DNA of 63,763 nucleotides, filler included, from Reticulomyxa filosa (GCA_000512085.1; 28 parts of 28 records of this genome joined end to end with filler, not necessarily neighbours in it); one strand, 5' to 3'; shown: positions 24,371 through 37,599, numbered from the whole stretch's first letter. The notes: a model not told the origin generated them from the letters alone. Made by a program: numbers and translations.

Positions 24371-27300
24371 AAAAGAGTAAACGTGTGTCTTGACCATTTT
24401 CGATTGAAACCAAGAGAACGAGAAAAAAAAAGGTTTTTGCGGGAATGGCCTTAAATGAAAAAGGGATTTGAAAAAAGTCAGTGTTTCACTTTTTGTGGTG
24501 GGAGTGGGATAGAGCAGGCAAGAGAAAACCACACGAACGTGTGAGCTTTGTGATTGTCGTTCCTTTTTTTTTTTTAATTTCCTTGCAAAAGAGCTGTATG
24601 TTGTTCAGATGGATTTTTGTTTGGTTTTTCTTTTTTCCTGTTGGTCTCAGAGCAAAACGTGAAAAATAAAACGTTGTAGAGCGAATTGCGTCTGCGATTT
24701 TCGATTTTGCGTTTTGTTCTCGACTGCAGATAACAAAATAGACGCTGAAGATCCACTTGCTAATGCATACTGCTTCGTTTTTTTGTGAGTATTTCCACTC
24801 CTTGTATCCCTAAACCACAAACGGTGTGATAAGCCTAAAATGTTTTTACCGCTAAGTAAAAGATCTTACTCTAAAATTTTTTGCTACCGAAAAAACTCAG
24901 AATGAAAAGGGATAGGACTATTATGAACAAAGCAGATTGATGCTTTGAAATTTAGTCATCTCTGGATACGCGTTGAAAAAGACTTGAAACAAGTTCTTCA
25001 GATTATTCCATTATTTGTGCAACATCGATCTTTGTGAACAATGCATAAGGTTATTTTCTTGGTAAAATTAAATAATGTTCACGAAACAAATTCGCAACAT
25101 TTGTTGGAAAAAAGTTAGTTTTTAGTTTTTTAAAATACGTTTGCTGGTAGGCTAAATTGAATCACTCAATGTCTTTTTCTATCTTTTAGAACATTGGGAA
25201 AAAATACAGTTTTTTTTACTATAGATGGTTATGTTTTTTAAAAAGTGTGATTCATGTGCTAATTTTTGGGAACCGCTATATATATAAATATGAAAATTTT
25301 ATTTATTTTAATTGGTCTAAAATAACAATTGCATTTTAAAGATTTTGATTTTATATGTTTTTTTAAATGAGTTATATTTATAAATAATATGAACTTATGT
25401 ACTATTTCATGAACATAAATAACACTTTTTATTTTGAACAAAATATTTTTGCAATAAAATTTTTTGTGATATAATAACAATATTAAACATTTCTTGAAGT
25501 GATAGCAAAAAATATGTTTGTAAAGAACATTTAAGAAATTATTTTTGCAAAAAATTTTTATAGTTGTAGCGCGATAAACAAATATTGGATTATCGAAACT
25601 TGTGAGAAACAAATGCCTTATGTTTACAATACATTTGTATTGTACAATTATTTAGTAAAAAAAATTTCTTGGCCATTGTAACAACTGAACTATAGTCAAA
25701 TTACAGGTAAATAATCGCTTATGTGATGTATTTATTATAAATGTAATAACATAAATGCATAAAATGAGATGATTTGTTGTGTTTTGTGATTTTTTGTTAA
25801 TTGTAGCTTTGATTCATCAAAATAGATTATACAATTGATATCCTCAAAAAAATCGTACAAAATTTGCGGACTTTTTTTAAAATTTTCGTATTCTTCACTC
25901 TTAACATTTCCACAGCTATTATCACGTGTATCGATGATTTTGGAAGACAAGAATGTAATTCGTGAAAGAGTGTGTTGTTTAAATCAGCAATTAGCTTAGA
26001 TAGAAACACAAAATTATCTGAAATATCTGATTTAGGTATTCATTCATAGTCAATCTTACGTTTTCAACACTGGCGTTTTCTTCATCTTTTTTTAGTTCTT
26101 TTTAAAAGGGCATTGAAATAAAAAAAAATTTATACAGTTACTGTAAAAAAAACAGTGAAATTTACTCCAGCCTTTGAGTAATTAGTATGAATATGACTGT
26201 AAACGTATTGCTCCATCATCAAAATTGTTCCTGCGACTTTGAAAAAACAAGAAACAGTCCAAAGACTAAACACACATTGTGTGAGAATGGGACTTTTATA
26301 TAAGTCACATTTTTTATTTTGAATGACTCTTCTAGTGTTAGAATAATAATATCTGAAGTAAATTAGCAATTTTTCAATAAAAAAAAGTTTGTTATTCGGA
26401 ATTCTATAATCTATTCTAAGACAGTATCAAAACTTGTCAGAAGTGATTGTAATCCGTTGGATTTCTGATAGATATTATTTTCATTTTGTTGTGCTTCTCC
26501 ATTTACTTATTGTTCAAGGACAACAAATAAGATCGCAAACCGATCGATATGCTCATGATAATGGTTATCAAAAACTGTTTTGTTGCAATTACATTTTATT
26601 TATTAAAAACTATTTATGTCAGCTGTTGCTGATATGTCGACGAAATATCTTTGAATACCTGGTGGCTATTAGCTTATGTTAACGATTTAAGTATTATTAT
26701 TTTTTCATTTAAAAAAAAAATTTTAAGCAATTGGTGGTGACTTAACTTAACGGCTAAAGTCCGCACCGAATAACGTGATTTGTTGGGTCAGCCAGTCACA
26801 GGTACTGCAATGGTAGAGACTACAGTTAGGTAATGGGAGCGGTTCATGACGTAAACATGCAGATTGTGTTGTATTGCGGAGTTGCGACCAACGTGTTGTA
26901 GTTTACATGCAAATTTACAATATACAATGCAATCATTATGGCAGCAAGTCACTTGGTGCATAAGTTGCTCTAATAGATACGTTAGCTGGGGCCATGCATT
27001 GTGATACTTGCAACAATCACGTAAAATTCACATTAGTGAAGAATGTTCTACTTATTACGTTATCATATTCTATATATTTTTTATATTTATATGTAGATTT
27101 CTTTACAAGATACTTACACTTTTTATTGTTTGATATAGAATAATCTGAGCATACTTAATAGAAAAAATATTTTGTGATAGGTTAGTTGTAGAATGTAGTT
27201 GTTAAATAGCATGCTGATGCTGCTGTTCTATTGCCACTGGAAAATGATCACTTGTTGCATAATGTTCGTTTGATAGAACATTTTCAAAGATCATTTGATG

Positions 27301-28627
27301 AAAATGTCGCCATACGAAAAGACATAATGGACTTGTGTGTATTGTGCAAGTGTCTGAAAATTGTATAATGATGTGGATGTTGTCATTATTTTCAATAGCA
27401 TTCTCTTCATCGTTGATTATATTGATAAAATTCATCGACTTGATGCTGTGGAATGATCAAAAGCACAATTGATTTTTTGCGTCGATGCTCTTTGCTGATT
27501 GTAAGAGTTATTTATAACTTTTGTAATATGATAATCATATTCAACAAAATGCAAGTTATTTGTGTGTTCTGTTTCTCTTCATTATTCTCCTTTTGTGTCT
27601 ATGTGTGCTTTTTGATTTGTTGAAAATCAAGTTCAACTTTCTTTTTTTTGACTAACTTTTCATATTTACTGCACAATATCAATACAGACATAGTCACCAA
27701 CATCGGACAAGTGTGAGATTAATGCCTTGTAGTGATACATACTTTTACTTGGTAATGTCAAGCAATCACCAAACAGTACTAAACATATCAAGTGGTGGTT
27801 ATAACACTCGTTCTAATATTTCCATTTTTCTACTACTGCTGCTTTTTCTCGTTTTAGTGACTGTGGTAATTCGTTTCGACGCACATTCTCTAGTCTTTCT
27901 TTGTTCCAATACCAAAGTCTTATCTGCTTTTGCTCAGTTATTATCATCACTTAGTCGGGAATGAAATGAAAAACTCGACAGTCTTTGTGTTTTTTTTATT
28001 TAAGTTGCAATTAGTGTGTGTATTTGTTCATTTTTTTTTTACATCAATTCATCGATTCTTGTCGTTTTAAACCAACAGAGAAACACGTTCTTAAACTAAG
28101 CTACATACACAAAAATTTCTTACTTCACGTGCAATGATCTTTCCAATACAAACGCTAACTTTGATGAATTAAGCATATACATGCAATTAAAATTGCTAGC
28201 ATTTTTGTTTTTGATTTTGTTTGTTTTCAATTGTTCTTTAACAAACTGGTTAATACTTTTCATATGCTTGGAAGAAACGAGAAATGTACTTTGCATTCGA
28301 AAAAAATATCGTTTTAATTTGTTTGATGAATATTTAACACTTTGTATTATCAAGTTTACTTTTAACATTTTAATTAAAAAATTTGTTGCATCACAATGTG
28401 GAGAAGTACATAAAAGTTTGCTTTAAAAGAAAATGATTGTAATTGTTAAAATAAAAAACTTTCTGTTTGGACATGTTTTGGTTGATTTGTATTCTACTTT
28501 TGGAAACTGTACACGTAAACAAAAAAAGTCCCCTTCTGCGTCAAATGAACATTTAAAAAAAACTGTTGATCCACCCTTTTCTTTTTTCTTTTGCATTAAA
28601 CTCTTTTTTATTTGCAAACTTTTCCAA

Positions 28628-29076
28628 ATGGAGGCTGCACTGCGTCGTTTGGGAGAAATAAAGCAACAAGGAAACACATTGTTTGGGCAAAAGGATTATG
28701 CAAGCGCACTGTCGAAATACGAAGAGGCCTTAAATGTGGTGAATTTTACAATTCCAAACATCGCGATAGCACGTGAAAGCAATGACTCGACGAGTTGGTT
28801 TGGAGGCAGCGGCATAGACCAGCAGATGTACTTTCGGCTGCACGAGCACCTGGCCGAGGTGATAAATAAGAATGAGTATCTGTCGTCGCCACAAAACCAA
28901 ACAACAAAAGAAGAAGTGAGCGTGGTATTGTCGAATCGAGCAGAATGTCTTTTGCGATTGGAGCAACACGAGCAATGCATATTCAATGCGACATTGGCCT
29001 TGTTTTTTTACCCACGCAATCTGAAAGCCATTTGTCGAAGAGCCAAGGCACGGGAGTGCACACAGCAGTATAAATT

Positions 29077-29078
<2 letters not shown>
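28628..29078 (+). CDS. TPR-repeat protein (co-chaperone carboxylate-clamp type), first exon
   Basis: KQQGNTLF..KDY..A..KY..AL; LSNRAECLLRL; P.NLKA..RRAKA. ATG at 28628, GT donor at 29079. Confidence 0.85.
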
Positions 29079-29120
<42 letters not shown>

Positions 29121-29387
29121 NNNNNNNNNNNNNNNNNNNNNNNNNNNNNNNNNNNNNNNNNNNNTTAATTAATTAANNNNNNNNNNNNNNNNNNNNNNNN
29201 NNNNNNNNNNNNNNNNNNNNTGTGTTCTATTTCTTAGAACGAGGTGCTCTTTTAACTAGAAAGATCTGAGTTTATGCATCTCATTAGATACGAAAAGAGC
29301 AATTGCTCCAAGAAAAGGCCCTCCGAATGCCGGAAACAGCAAAAACATGTCGTGTCCGAAAAACACCAAATGAGAAAACAGAGCAAT

Positions 29388-29575
29388 GAATGAGCTACTG
29401 GGTCTCTTCAGGGAATCTGGAGGCTTTGTGATATCAACCAGTACGTTGGTATCACAATTTAGGAAAGAGATATTAATATGTTTTTTTGCTTTTAATTTTA
29501 CTTCCTTTTGGTCTTAATGATGCACGAAGCGTGCAAGTGTTGTTTTGTTGATTACCTTGTAAGGCATTGTGTAAG
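29388..29575 (+). repeat. Dispersed non-coding repeat (inverted homologue at 32500-32740)
   Basis: tgagctac...ggaat(c/t)tggaggc...acgttggtat...caattta.gaaaga.atattaa.atgt and ttgattac.ttgtaaggcatt are shared with the reverse complement of 32500-32740. Confidence 0.8.
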
Positions 29576-29769
29576 TGTATCGATCCTTGTTTAGCCTTAA
29601 GAGTGTTCGACGCTTTCGAGAAATTAGCATTCTCGAGGCAAATACCCGTCTTTTGTTTGGCAGAACTCCGAAGGTCGGGTAACTTCTACTGAACCTCGGG
29701 CAAAACCGAAACCCACTCGCTATAACAAGGCATGCCAGTATGCATGGTGGCATTGGAAATGAATATCTT

Positions 29770-29917
29770 TATGTCATCACTGGAGTGAGATAGTAAGATT
29801 TGGAGTGTTATCCATAATATCAACAATGTGGGTGATAGTATTCTCGGTTTTATTGTATCCAATGGATTGCACATTATTAATGTATTGCCATTTGACTGCA
29901 CGTTCATGAAAGATAAT
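29770..29917 (+). mobile_element. LINE APE-endonuclease remnant
   Basis: Reads NVGDSILGFIVSNGLHIINVLPFDCTFMKDN. DNA is closely similar to 59946-60009 (gtatccaatgga...ccatttga...ttcatgaaagataat). Confidence 0.7.
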
Positions 29918-30486
29918 TTATTTTATTTTCTTTTTAGAGAAGGAACGTTATAAGTTGAATTCATAGAAAGAAAATATTGCAAAACAAGCACCTCACACTT
30001 GAATACAGTACTAAGTATTACTATGTTACAAATATAACCAACAAACAACATTCTAGCTTCAGCTTTGCAGCTATAGTTTTAATTTAAAAGAGAGCAAAGT
30101 TGTGTCATTTATCTCATTGTAAAAAGATTTCAATTTATCATTCAAGCTTTGGTGATCACCACTCGGTTGATTGCCTTTGTCTCACCTCTGTGGAGTTCAG
30201 AGGGAATTGCCCGGGACCTTTTACTTTGATTTCCAGGCCTTGCCTTCGGTTTCCGTGTCTTCAAAAATATGAACAAGGAGACAATTTCAGTGTAGAACAA
30301 AGACCAAATAAAAGAAACTTTCAACTATATAAAAAAAAATTTTTCAACTAGTAAAAATTTTTTTGTCGATTGTTTGTGAATCTGAGAATTTTTTGTGAAT
30401 CTTTTCCTTTATTTTGTTTTTTTTAGAGTACTGACGATGTGCTCATTTTTAACTAGGATAAGATCTCATTCTTGCTAAAAAAAAAA

Positions 30487-31556
30487 TGGAAGATTATATT
30501 GGTGTATTGACAGCTTTTTATCAGACCGACTTGGAAGAGTTGTATTGAATGGAACTAATTCAGATTATATTGAATTCAATACTGGAGTTCTCCAAGGATC
30601 TGCTTTATCCCCAATATTATTTCTACTGTATATCAATGATTTACCAGCAGTCATTCATCAACCTATCCAATGTAGAATGTTTACTGATGACGTGGCACTT
30701 TGGACATCGATATTCACAAGTGATGTCTGAAATATCCATTTGGTCGAATAAATGGAAGATGTTACTTGCAGCTGATAAGACGCAGTGAATCACATTCGGA
30801 CATCAAAACAAGAGGAAATTCCCAATTGACATTGCAGCACTCAAACCTGAAAGAATGCGATTATGTGAAGTTCTTGGATTGTTTCTTGATTCTCACATGA
30901 CTTATTCTAAGCGTGTTAATTACATCTATGGCAAAGCAGCGAGGAAACATACCTATGTTCATACAAAGATATCAGACCAAGTCTATCTACGTATAATCTA
31001 TTATACAAGACCATTATTCGTCCGAATCTCGAGTGGAAATGATAACCTGATGGAGGTTCAATCATTTAAAAAGATTGTATTACATTCATTGACATTTAGC
31101 GAACGCAAGATCATTTGTCGATTGATTACTGGCAAAATTGTATTGAATGATTATTTGCATAATATCCAAAGATCAGATTCTCCCGATTGTATTTGGTGTG
31201 ATGAAGAAGAGACTGTCGAGCATTTCCTAACGTAATGTTTACGGTACAGTGAATTACGTCGCAATTGGTGGACAAATGTCCAAGAATTGCTCCCAGATAT
31301 CAATGTATTGTCCCTGCCAATTAAACAATTTATTATTGGACCGATCGTGAAAGCAGCAGCCAAGTTCGTAGAGAAGGATTTGAATAATTATCAAGTTTCT
31401 TCAAAACAAATCTCAATTTAAATTGAAATAACTTTGTTGTTTTTCTTTTGATTATTTTTTGAATGGACCTTTTGGTTGGTGTAAGATTTTGTGCGTCTTT
31501 CTTTTGTTTTTGCTTTTTTTGAGTACTATGTTCTATTTCTTAGAACGAAAAAAAAA
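30487..31556 (+). mobile_element. Decayed 5'-truncated non-LTR retrotransposon (RT, C-terminal Cys/His knuckle, 3' UTR, A-tail)
   Basis: GVLQGSALSPILFLLYINDL, MFTDD, WSNKWKM..KTQ, LGLFLD, CIWCDEEETVEHFL*C. Contains stops, frameshifts and deletions, and ends in an A run. Confidence 0.93.
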
Positions 31557-32499
31557 TTATTTAACATCCTTCATCACCGAGATAAACTTTTTTTAAAAAA
31601 AGTTGTATTTTGAAGGAAGATAAGCACAAAACAACTAGANNNNNNNNNNNNNNNNNNNNNNNNNNNNNNNNNNNNNNNNNNNNTTAATTAATTAANNNNN
31701 NNNNNNNNNNNNNNNNNNNNNNNNNNNNNNNNNNNNNNNAACTTTTCAAATAAATGCAAGAGATAAGATAGTACAACATAGACCATGTATCTACAAAATT
31801 ATTTTTTAATTTAGCTCTTTTCAATAAAGATACAAGTCAAATACCCCTTTTTTTTGGTGTAAAGTTTTTTTGCAAACTATGTAAATTTTTATAGATGCGC
31901 TTACATTTTTAATAATGATCGGCGTCTATGGATTTATTGTTTGGATTATCCAAAAAATGAACAAAGATCACTTTTGTCGCGGTAGATAAAAAACAACTTA
32001 AGTTTCCACATCAATTTTAAAATTGTTTGGTGGCGAAAATCAAAGCATACACTTTCTTACAGACTTGGAGAGTGAGTATGGAGGCATTGGAAAGAGTTCC
32101 AACATCAGAGCATAGATGGCGACGAAGAAGAAGAAAACAATGAAATGCTTGTGTACAATCAACAGTATGCAACTGAACAACAAAGAAGAAAACAGGAAGT
32201 AGAAGATCCAGAGATCAATAGATTCGTAATTCTGGACCTTTCCAAGTGAAAGCGAAAAGAAATTGCAGAAGCACTTGGAGATATGGAAAGATTTAAACGC
32301 TTCCAATGGAACATCAAATGATGTGGACTAGTTTTATGCAAGTTTCTGTAGAAAATACAAAATATAATCAATTTCTTTTTCCTGGACAGCTAACCTCGAC
32401 CGGAACTGCGTGGAGGTTCTTGGGCTTTCGTTGATGTTATTGGAGAATCACGAGATCGTTCATTCTTGAGGAAGTTGTAATAGGGGAAAACAGTACTAA

Positions 32500-32740
32500 G
32501 ATTATAATGCCTTACAAAGTAATCAATAAATACAACATTAGGTATAATTATGTAGTCTTACTTACCAACGCGATCAAAGTAAAAAAAGGTTAAAATAACA
32601 AAGAAGTATAATGAAAAAAATGAATATAAAACAATAAACAAAGACATTTTAATATTTCTTTCATAAATTGCGGAATACCAACGTGGATTTATTCCAACTC
32701 AGGGCCTCCAAATTCCTTAAGAAACTTGGTAGCTCACAAA
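32500..32740 (-). repeat. Dispersed non-coding repeat, copy 2
   Basis: Reverse complement aligns by eye to 29388-29575. Confidence 0.75.
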
Positions 32741-34517
32741 ATATGAAAGGAAAAACAGCGTGAAACTGGCTGCCTTCACAAAAACTTTAAAATGCACCGA
32801 ATGAAAATTATAGAATAAAAATTTATTCAAAACATCAATGGAACAAACAATTAATTTACTTTATTGCCGATACTCTTCAGTTTGGGGCTTTTTTGCGAGC
32901 ATTATTTGCAACAAAATCAACTTTATCATTTCCAGGAATACTTTTTTATTTTTATTTTTTTTTAGGAAGAATGAGTGAAGTGCTTGTTTTACAATATTTT
33001 GCCTTTTTGTCAATTCAACAATTACAAACTTGGACAGTACTAAATGATACAATACGTGACAAAAAAGTAACCACAAATAATTTTATTTAGAATTTGTTTA
33101 GGTGAAAATAGAGAGTGTATCATCTCAATTTAACCCACAAAACTTTTGATCATCACAAAGAAAATATATGTATATACATTAAAAGCCCCTTCATAATCAT
33201 TGGCAGCCAAAAGCAGGGGCAAACATCCAGCGCTCAAGGGAATGGACACAATGTCCAAAATCATCTCCCATGGCGACATGACNNNNNNNNNNNNNNNNNN
33301 NNNNNNNNNNNNNNNNNNNNNNNNNNTTAATTAATTAANNNNNNNNNNNNNNNNNNNNNNNNNNNNNNNNNNNNNNNNNNNNCTTTTTTTGGACGTCCAC
33401 TTTCTTCATTCAACTTTTCCAAAATTGTTCTTTCGTAATAAATTGTACAATATCACATCTTCTAATTTTTGAAACATACAAAAAAAGACGATGAAGCAAG
33501 AATAAGTAATAAACAAGACTATCTATTTTTTTGTTTTTAAGTTCAACATCTTTAATATTCTATTTATTTAAATTTGTGATTCAAAATGGACAATTCTTTA
33601 CACAGATCAATTCTTGCAAGCATTGTGTAAGTATGCATGCACTAGTCAATTGTTGATTAATTTACGTGATCTTGCTAGTTTTCGTGAATATCACGTTTTG
33701 AGTCGTTTATTGCAATGTGACATACAATTTCATATTCGATATTATTATATTCGTTTTTTCTTAGTCACACTTACCACTTCCAATATAGTACTGCTCGGTT
33801 AATCACTCATATTCTTTTGGCATCTTCTGCGCCCAATTGCGCAACTGTAGACGCAACTTTGTGCATGTTGAAAGAAAAAATACATTAAATCCGAAAAAGA
33901 ACAAAGAATTGTAAAACTATTTTTTTCGTATGATGTACTATTCAAATTTTCTTTTCCAACATTTGATCACTTGGATACTCACCAGCGCCAAAGTATCAGT
34001 TTGGTTTTGAACAAACCGCTAGCTTCGTTGTAAGAAGCAATGGTCAAAGTCATTTGCTATCTCGATATTTTGTCTGCTTTTCAAAGCATAATCTCTCTTC
34101 TGCTACAAAACACGGAAGATAATTGAAAATTTGTTTTACAAGCATATTCTTTTTTATATCAACTAACAGACGAAGATACTATTGGTTAGATAATTTACAA
34201 TTTGTATAAATTTGTTCATAGACACTATATGAACTACTTATGCGCAAGTGAATAATGTAGTGATTCACATAGTCTTCACCAGCTCCAAATTATTGCCTGA
34301 GAATGGATAAGTTAGAGTAGTTTCCATTAACTTGAAAGAGATAATTGTACCTAGAGCAAAATATAACATGATACTTTGTGATAAATATATTTGAATACAG
34401 TAAGTTGCAAAGAAAACNNNNNNNNNNNNNNNNNNNNNNNNNNNNNNNNNNNNNNNNNNNNTTAATTAATTAANNNNNNNNNNNNNNNNNNNNNNNNNNN
34501 NNNNNNNNNNNNNNNNN

Positions 34518-35006
34518 ATCCAACACTCACCACCACCTCAATCTCAATCTCAATTACAATCACGATCACAGTCACGATCGCAATCGCGATCACAACCACA
34601 ATTACAATTGCAATCGCAATCACAATCACAACTACAATCACGATTACAATCACGATCACAGTCACAATCACAATCACAATTGCAAACGCTAGCAAATACA
34701 ACGTCGACTGATACACCCAAACGCAATAGTGGAGTCAGTACGAAGGAACAGACTGCGTATTTGTTGATGGAAGGACAGACTGTGCAAATAACAATGAAAA
34801 CATTGACATTGTCGGAACTCCAAGATGTTATCTACGAAAGCATGCTGAAAGACAAAACTTGGAGTGACCGTGTCATGCTCCAAATCACAGATCAGCAAAA
34901 CGCAGCTTTGATAACAGATCAAAATGTTGTCGATGCTTTTCATTCCAACCATTCTCCTCTTTTCATATTACAATGGGTTCCTTACAGTACATCATCACGT
35001 TCCTAA
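34518..35006 (+). CDS. C-terminal part of an unknown protein with a QS-repeat linker and a small terminal domain
   Basis: A CAATCA-type hexamer repeat (about 34540-34681) encodes QS repeats. It is followed by about 90 aa of globular-looking sequence, TAYLLMEGQTVQITMKTLTLSELQ...FILQW. Confidence 0.5.
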   Translation: MQHSPPPQSQSQLQSRSQSRSQSRSQPQLQLQSQSQSQLQSRLQSRSQSQSQSQLQTLANTTSTDTPKRNSGVSTKEQTAYLLMEGQTVQITMKTLTLSELQDVIYESMLKDKTWSDRVMLQITDQQNAALITDQNVVDAFHSNHSPLFILQWVPYSTSSRS

Positions 35007-36002
35007 CTTTTTTTTTTTTTTTTTTGAAATCGTTATTATCATTACCACTCTTGAAAATGACATTTATACTTTTCTTTCTCTCATTATACAACTATATAAT
35101 TTCAATAATTTTAAAAATGATAATCGATTAATTTATTATAAACAGGTAGTGTTTTGCTTTTATCAAACACTCAAATTACATTATCACTTTCTTTTTATCA
35201 TGTAGTTGAAATTGGATGATTTGGCTTACTGTTTTTCATGTAAAGACGTACAGTACGTAGTTTATGCGCATGTCTGTGCGTGTTTTACATAAACCACTGA
35301 TTGTAAATATTTCTTTTTTTAGAGGTTATCAGTTTTATGTGCAAATTTGTTCTGACTTTTAGATTAGATTGGAGCAATTACAATATTGACATTTGTGAGG
35401 CCGATGGAGTGACGACATCAAACAATAAGATAAGAACAAGAAAATCGGCTGAAAAAGTCTCAATGCCTGCTTGTGAAAAGTAAATAAATGATATTTCTAC
35501 TTTCGGTAATCAGGTGCATCAAATTTCACAACATCTGTCAAAGAGCATTATCCCTGTTTTGTCTCTGATCGTCTGCATTCAGTGTGCTTGGTTTAGTACT
35601 CAAAAGCAGTCGCGCTTTTTGCCATATCGATTGTTTGCATATGTTTACCCATTCGTTTATGTTCGATTTGATCTTCATTACCTCCTCCTTTTCTTTTTCG
35701 TCAATCCAACCAGTTTTTGTTGTTTTAACAGTAGTTTTAGATACATGTCTATCATCATACATTTGAACAACTCCAATCATAACTTTTGCGATCACAATTT
35801 TCATTAAGAATATCTTTCAATCCATTTTCTTTCATTAATTGTATCACCATCCTTGAAGCATTGTGCACGAATCGCTGTATTGTAAAATACATCATTATAT
35901 TATTTTTATAAAAAAATTTGATGAAGGCAAAGCATTATGTTTTGAACGGATTTGCTCAAATGGAATTTGTTTAATTAAAAAAAAATACAAGGGAGGGATA
36001 CT

Positions 36003-36110
36003 CTCTTCGCACCATCTGCTCCCAGAACTTGGTTGACCCTTGCCGGAAACCGTCGGGGGCCAAACTGCCGGCACAACAAAGTAACCGACATGCAGAACGC
36101 GCACAAAGAG
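36003..36110 (-). ncRNA. Candidate structured RNA or fold-back element (long imperfect hairpin)
   Basis: GC-rich island in AT-rich non-coding DNA. Minus-strand arms CUCUUUGUGCGCGUUCUGC/GCAGAUGGUGCGAAGAG, GGUUACUUU/AGGGUCAACC and UGCCGG/CCGGCA nest. Family not identified. Confidence 0.35.
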
Positions 36111-37599
36111 GTTAACCTTATTATAACTTTCACTTGGCTACTACCAATACGATTTCACACAGCAAAATTTTTATGGCATTTCGTATATTTTCGCTTTTTT
36201 CAAATTCAACACTTGTTTATCATTCGACACACATTTGTGTTTAGAGAATCATTATCTAACTATTATACTGACCCATCAGAAAATGTGTTGTTGTTGAAAA
36301 TGCAGAAATGGAAATTTGTCACTTTTAATTGCTTGTGGCTTTGCTTTCAAGTTCTGCTAATTTGTCAGACTGGTCATTCGTGTTGTCGACATATTGATCA
36401 TTTTTTTTTACAAGAAATACTTTTGTCTGAAACAAAGAATGACGAGATCAATGAATTACTAAAAATGACTCTTTAGTTGGTAACAAAGTAATCACAACTC
36501 CACTGTGTAGAGAAACATTAACTTATAGATAAGTCAGAATGTAGTGCTAATTGACTCAAAAACTTTTCATGCAACATTGATTTACTTTCTTTAGTTTAAC
36601 AAAACTACGCCTCTTTTTAAAGTGAAAGTTTTCTTAAAAGCGTTCTTTTGAAATGATGATTTTCAGCTCTCAGTCCTGAAAGGTTAGAAACAACGAAAAC
36701 AAAAATCAAAGGTAAAACGCTGACCAAACAATTTTTTTTTAAGTGTGAAAGTCATCCCCTCTTTAAAGTAAAAAAAGTCTCTTTTTCCCGAACAAGTACA
36801 GAAAAAGGTTTTGGATAATCCTGAATGTGATTAAAAAGAATTTTTAAAAATTATTAAGAACTACTTTTCTTTTATTTACATTTAGTCATATTTTTGCGAT
36901 TTTAGGTAAAGAATCGATATTTTAACCCATTTTTACGTTAGCAAATGTAAAAGAAAAATCACATATTCAATACACAACATTTTGTTTATGATGTAACCCT
37001 TTTCGGTAGTTAAAAAAACTAGGTGCATTTAAAAAAAAACTGAAATAGCCAAGATTTTGGGTTACTCAAGAAAAATGTCTACACAATTGGAAATGACACA
37101 ACTGGCAGCACGTATAAAATTGTTACCTCATGGTGAAGACTTTACACAACAACGTTTCAACTGACATTATTTCGTCAATAATCGAAAATTTATTTTGTAC
37201 ATTTTTTAGGTATGGACGCAAAAGAATCGAATGTTTGGTGAATTTGATTTTAAAAAAACGTTTCATTAATTGTGATATCAGCTGATATTTGCTTTCTTCA
37301 TCAGCTGAGTTATTTTTAACAATTGATCTAATTTGACTGAAAGATGACATGAAATAACTCGTTATCAAACGAAATGGTTGTATCAAATTTCTGTGTATCA
37401 CAATAGACGATATCACCTAAACCGTTTGACATTCAATTTGGATCCTTTTGTGTTGTTCAAATCTCAAAGCTTTTCAAACAAAAATACTCAGTCAATAAAN
37501 NNNNNNNNNNNNNNNNNNNNNNNNNNNNNNNNNNNNNNNNNNNTTAATTAATTAANNNNNNNNNNNNNNNNNNNNNNNNNNNNNNNNNNNNNNNNNNNN

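Noticed and set aside
28433-28627. N-terminal 65 aa of the TPR ORF
   Set aside because: T/A-run-rich non-coding-like sequence. Coding character starts at ATG 28628.
9983-29120. Operon-like or functional clustering of neighbouring genes
   Set aside because: These are eukaryotic spliced genes of unrelated function, and adjacency across linkers is artificial.
29685-29712. Hammerhead ribozyme (ctga...gaaac)
   Set aside because: The core reads CTGAACC rather than CTGANGA, and stems I and III are not supported.
32060-32350. Purine-rich, coding-like plus-strand stretch with internal stops
   Set aside because: Looks like a pseudogene fragment, but no family could be supported.
32380-32470. HDV-like ribozyme on the minus strand (acc-tccacgc-agt)
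   Set aside because: P3 has a mismatch and I could not assign P1, P2 or J4/2.
34462-34716. (VI)n 'membrane protein' ORF
   Set aside because: Reverse reading of the CAATCA hexamer repeat.
36125-36145. tRNA gene suggested by A-box-like TAGCCAAGTG
   Set aside because: No B-box (GTTCRA) or cloverleaf.
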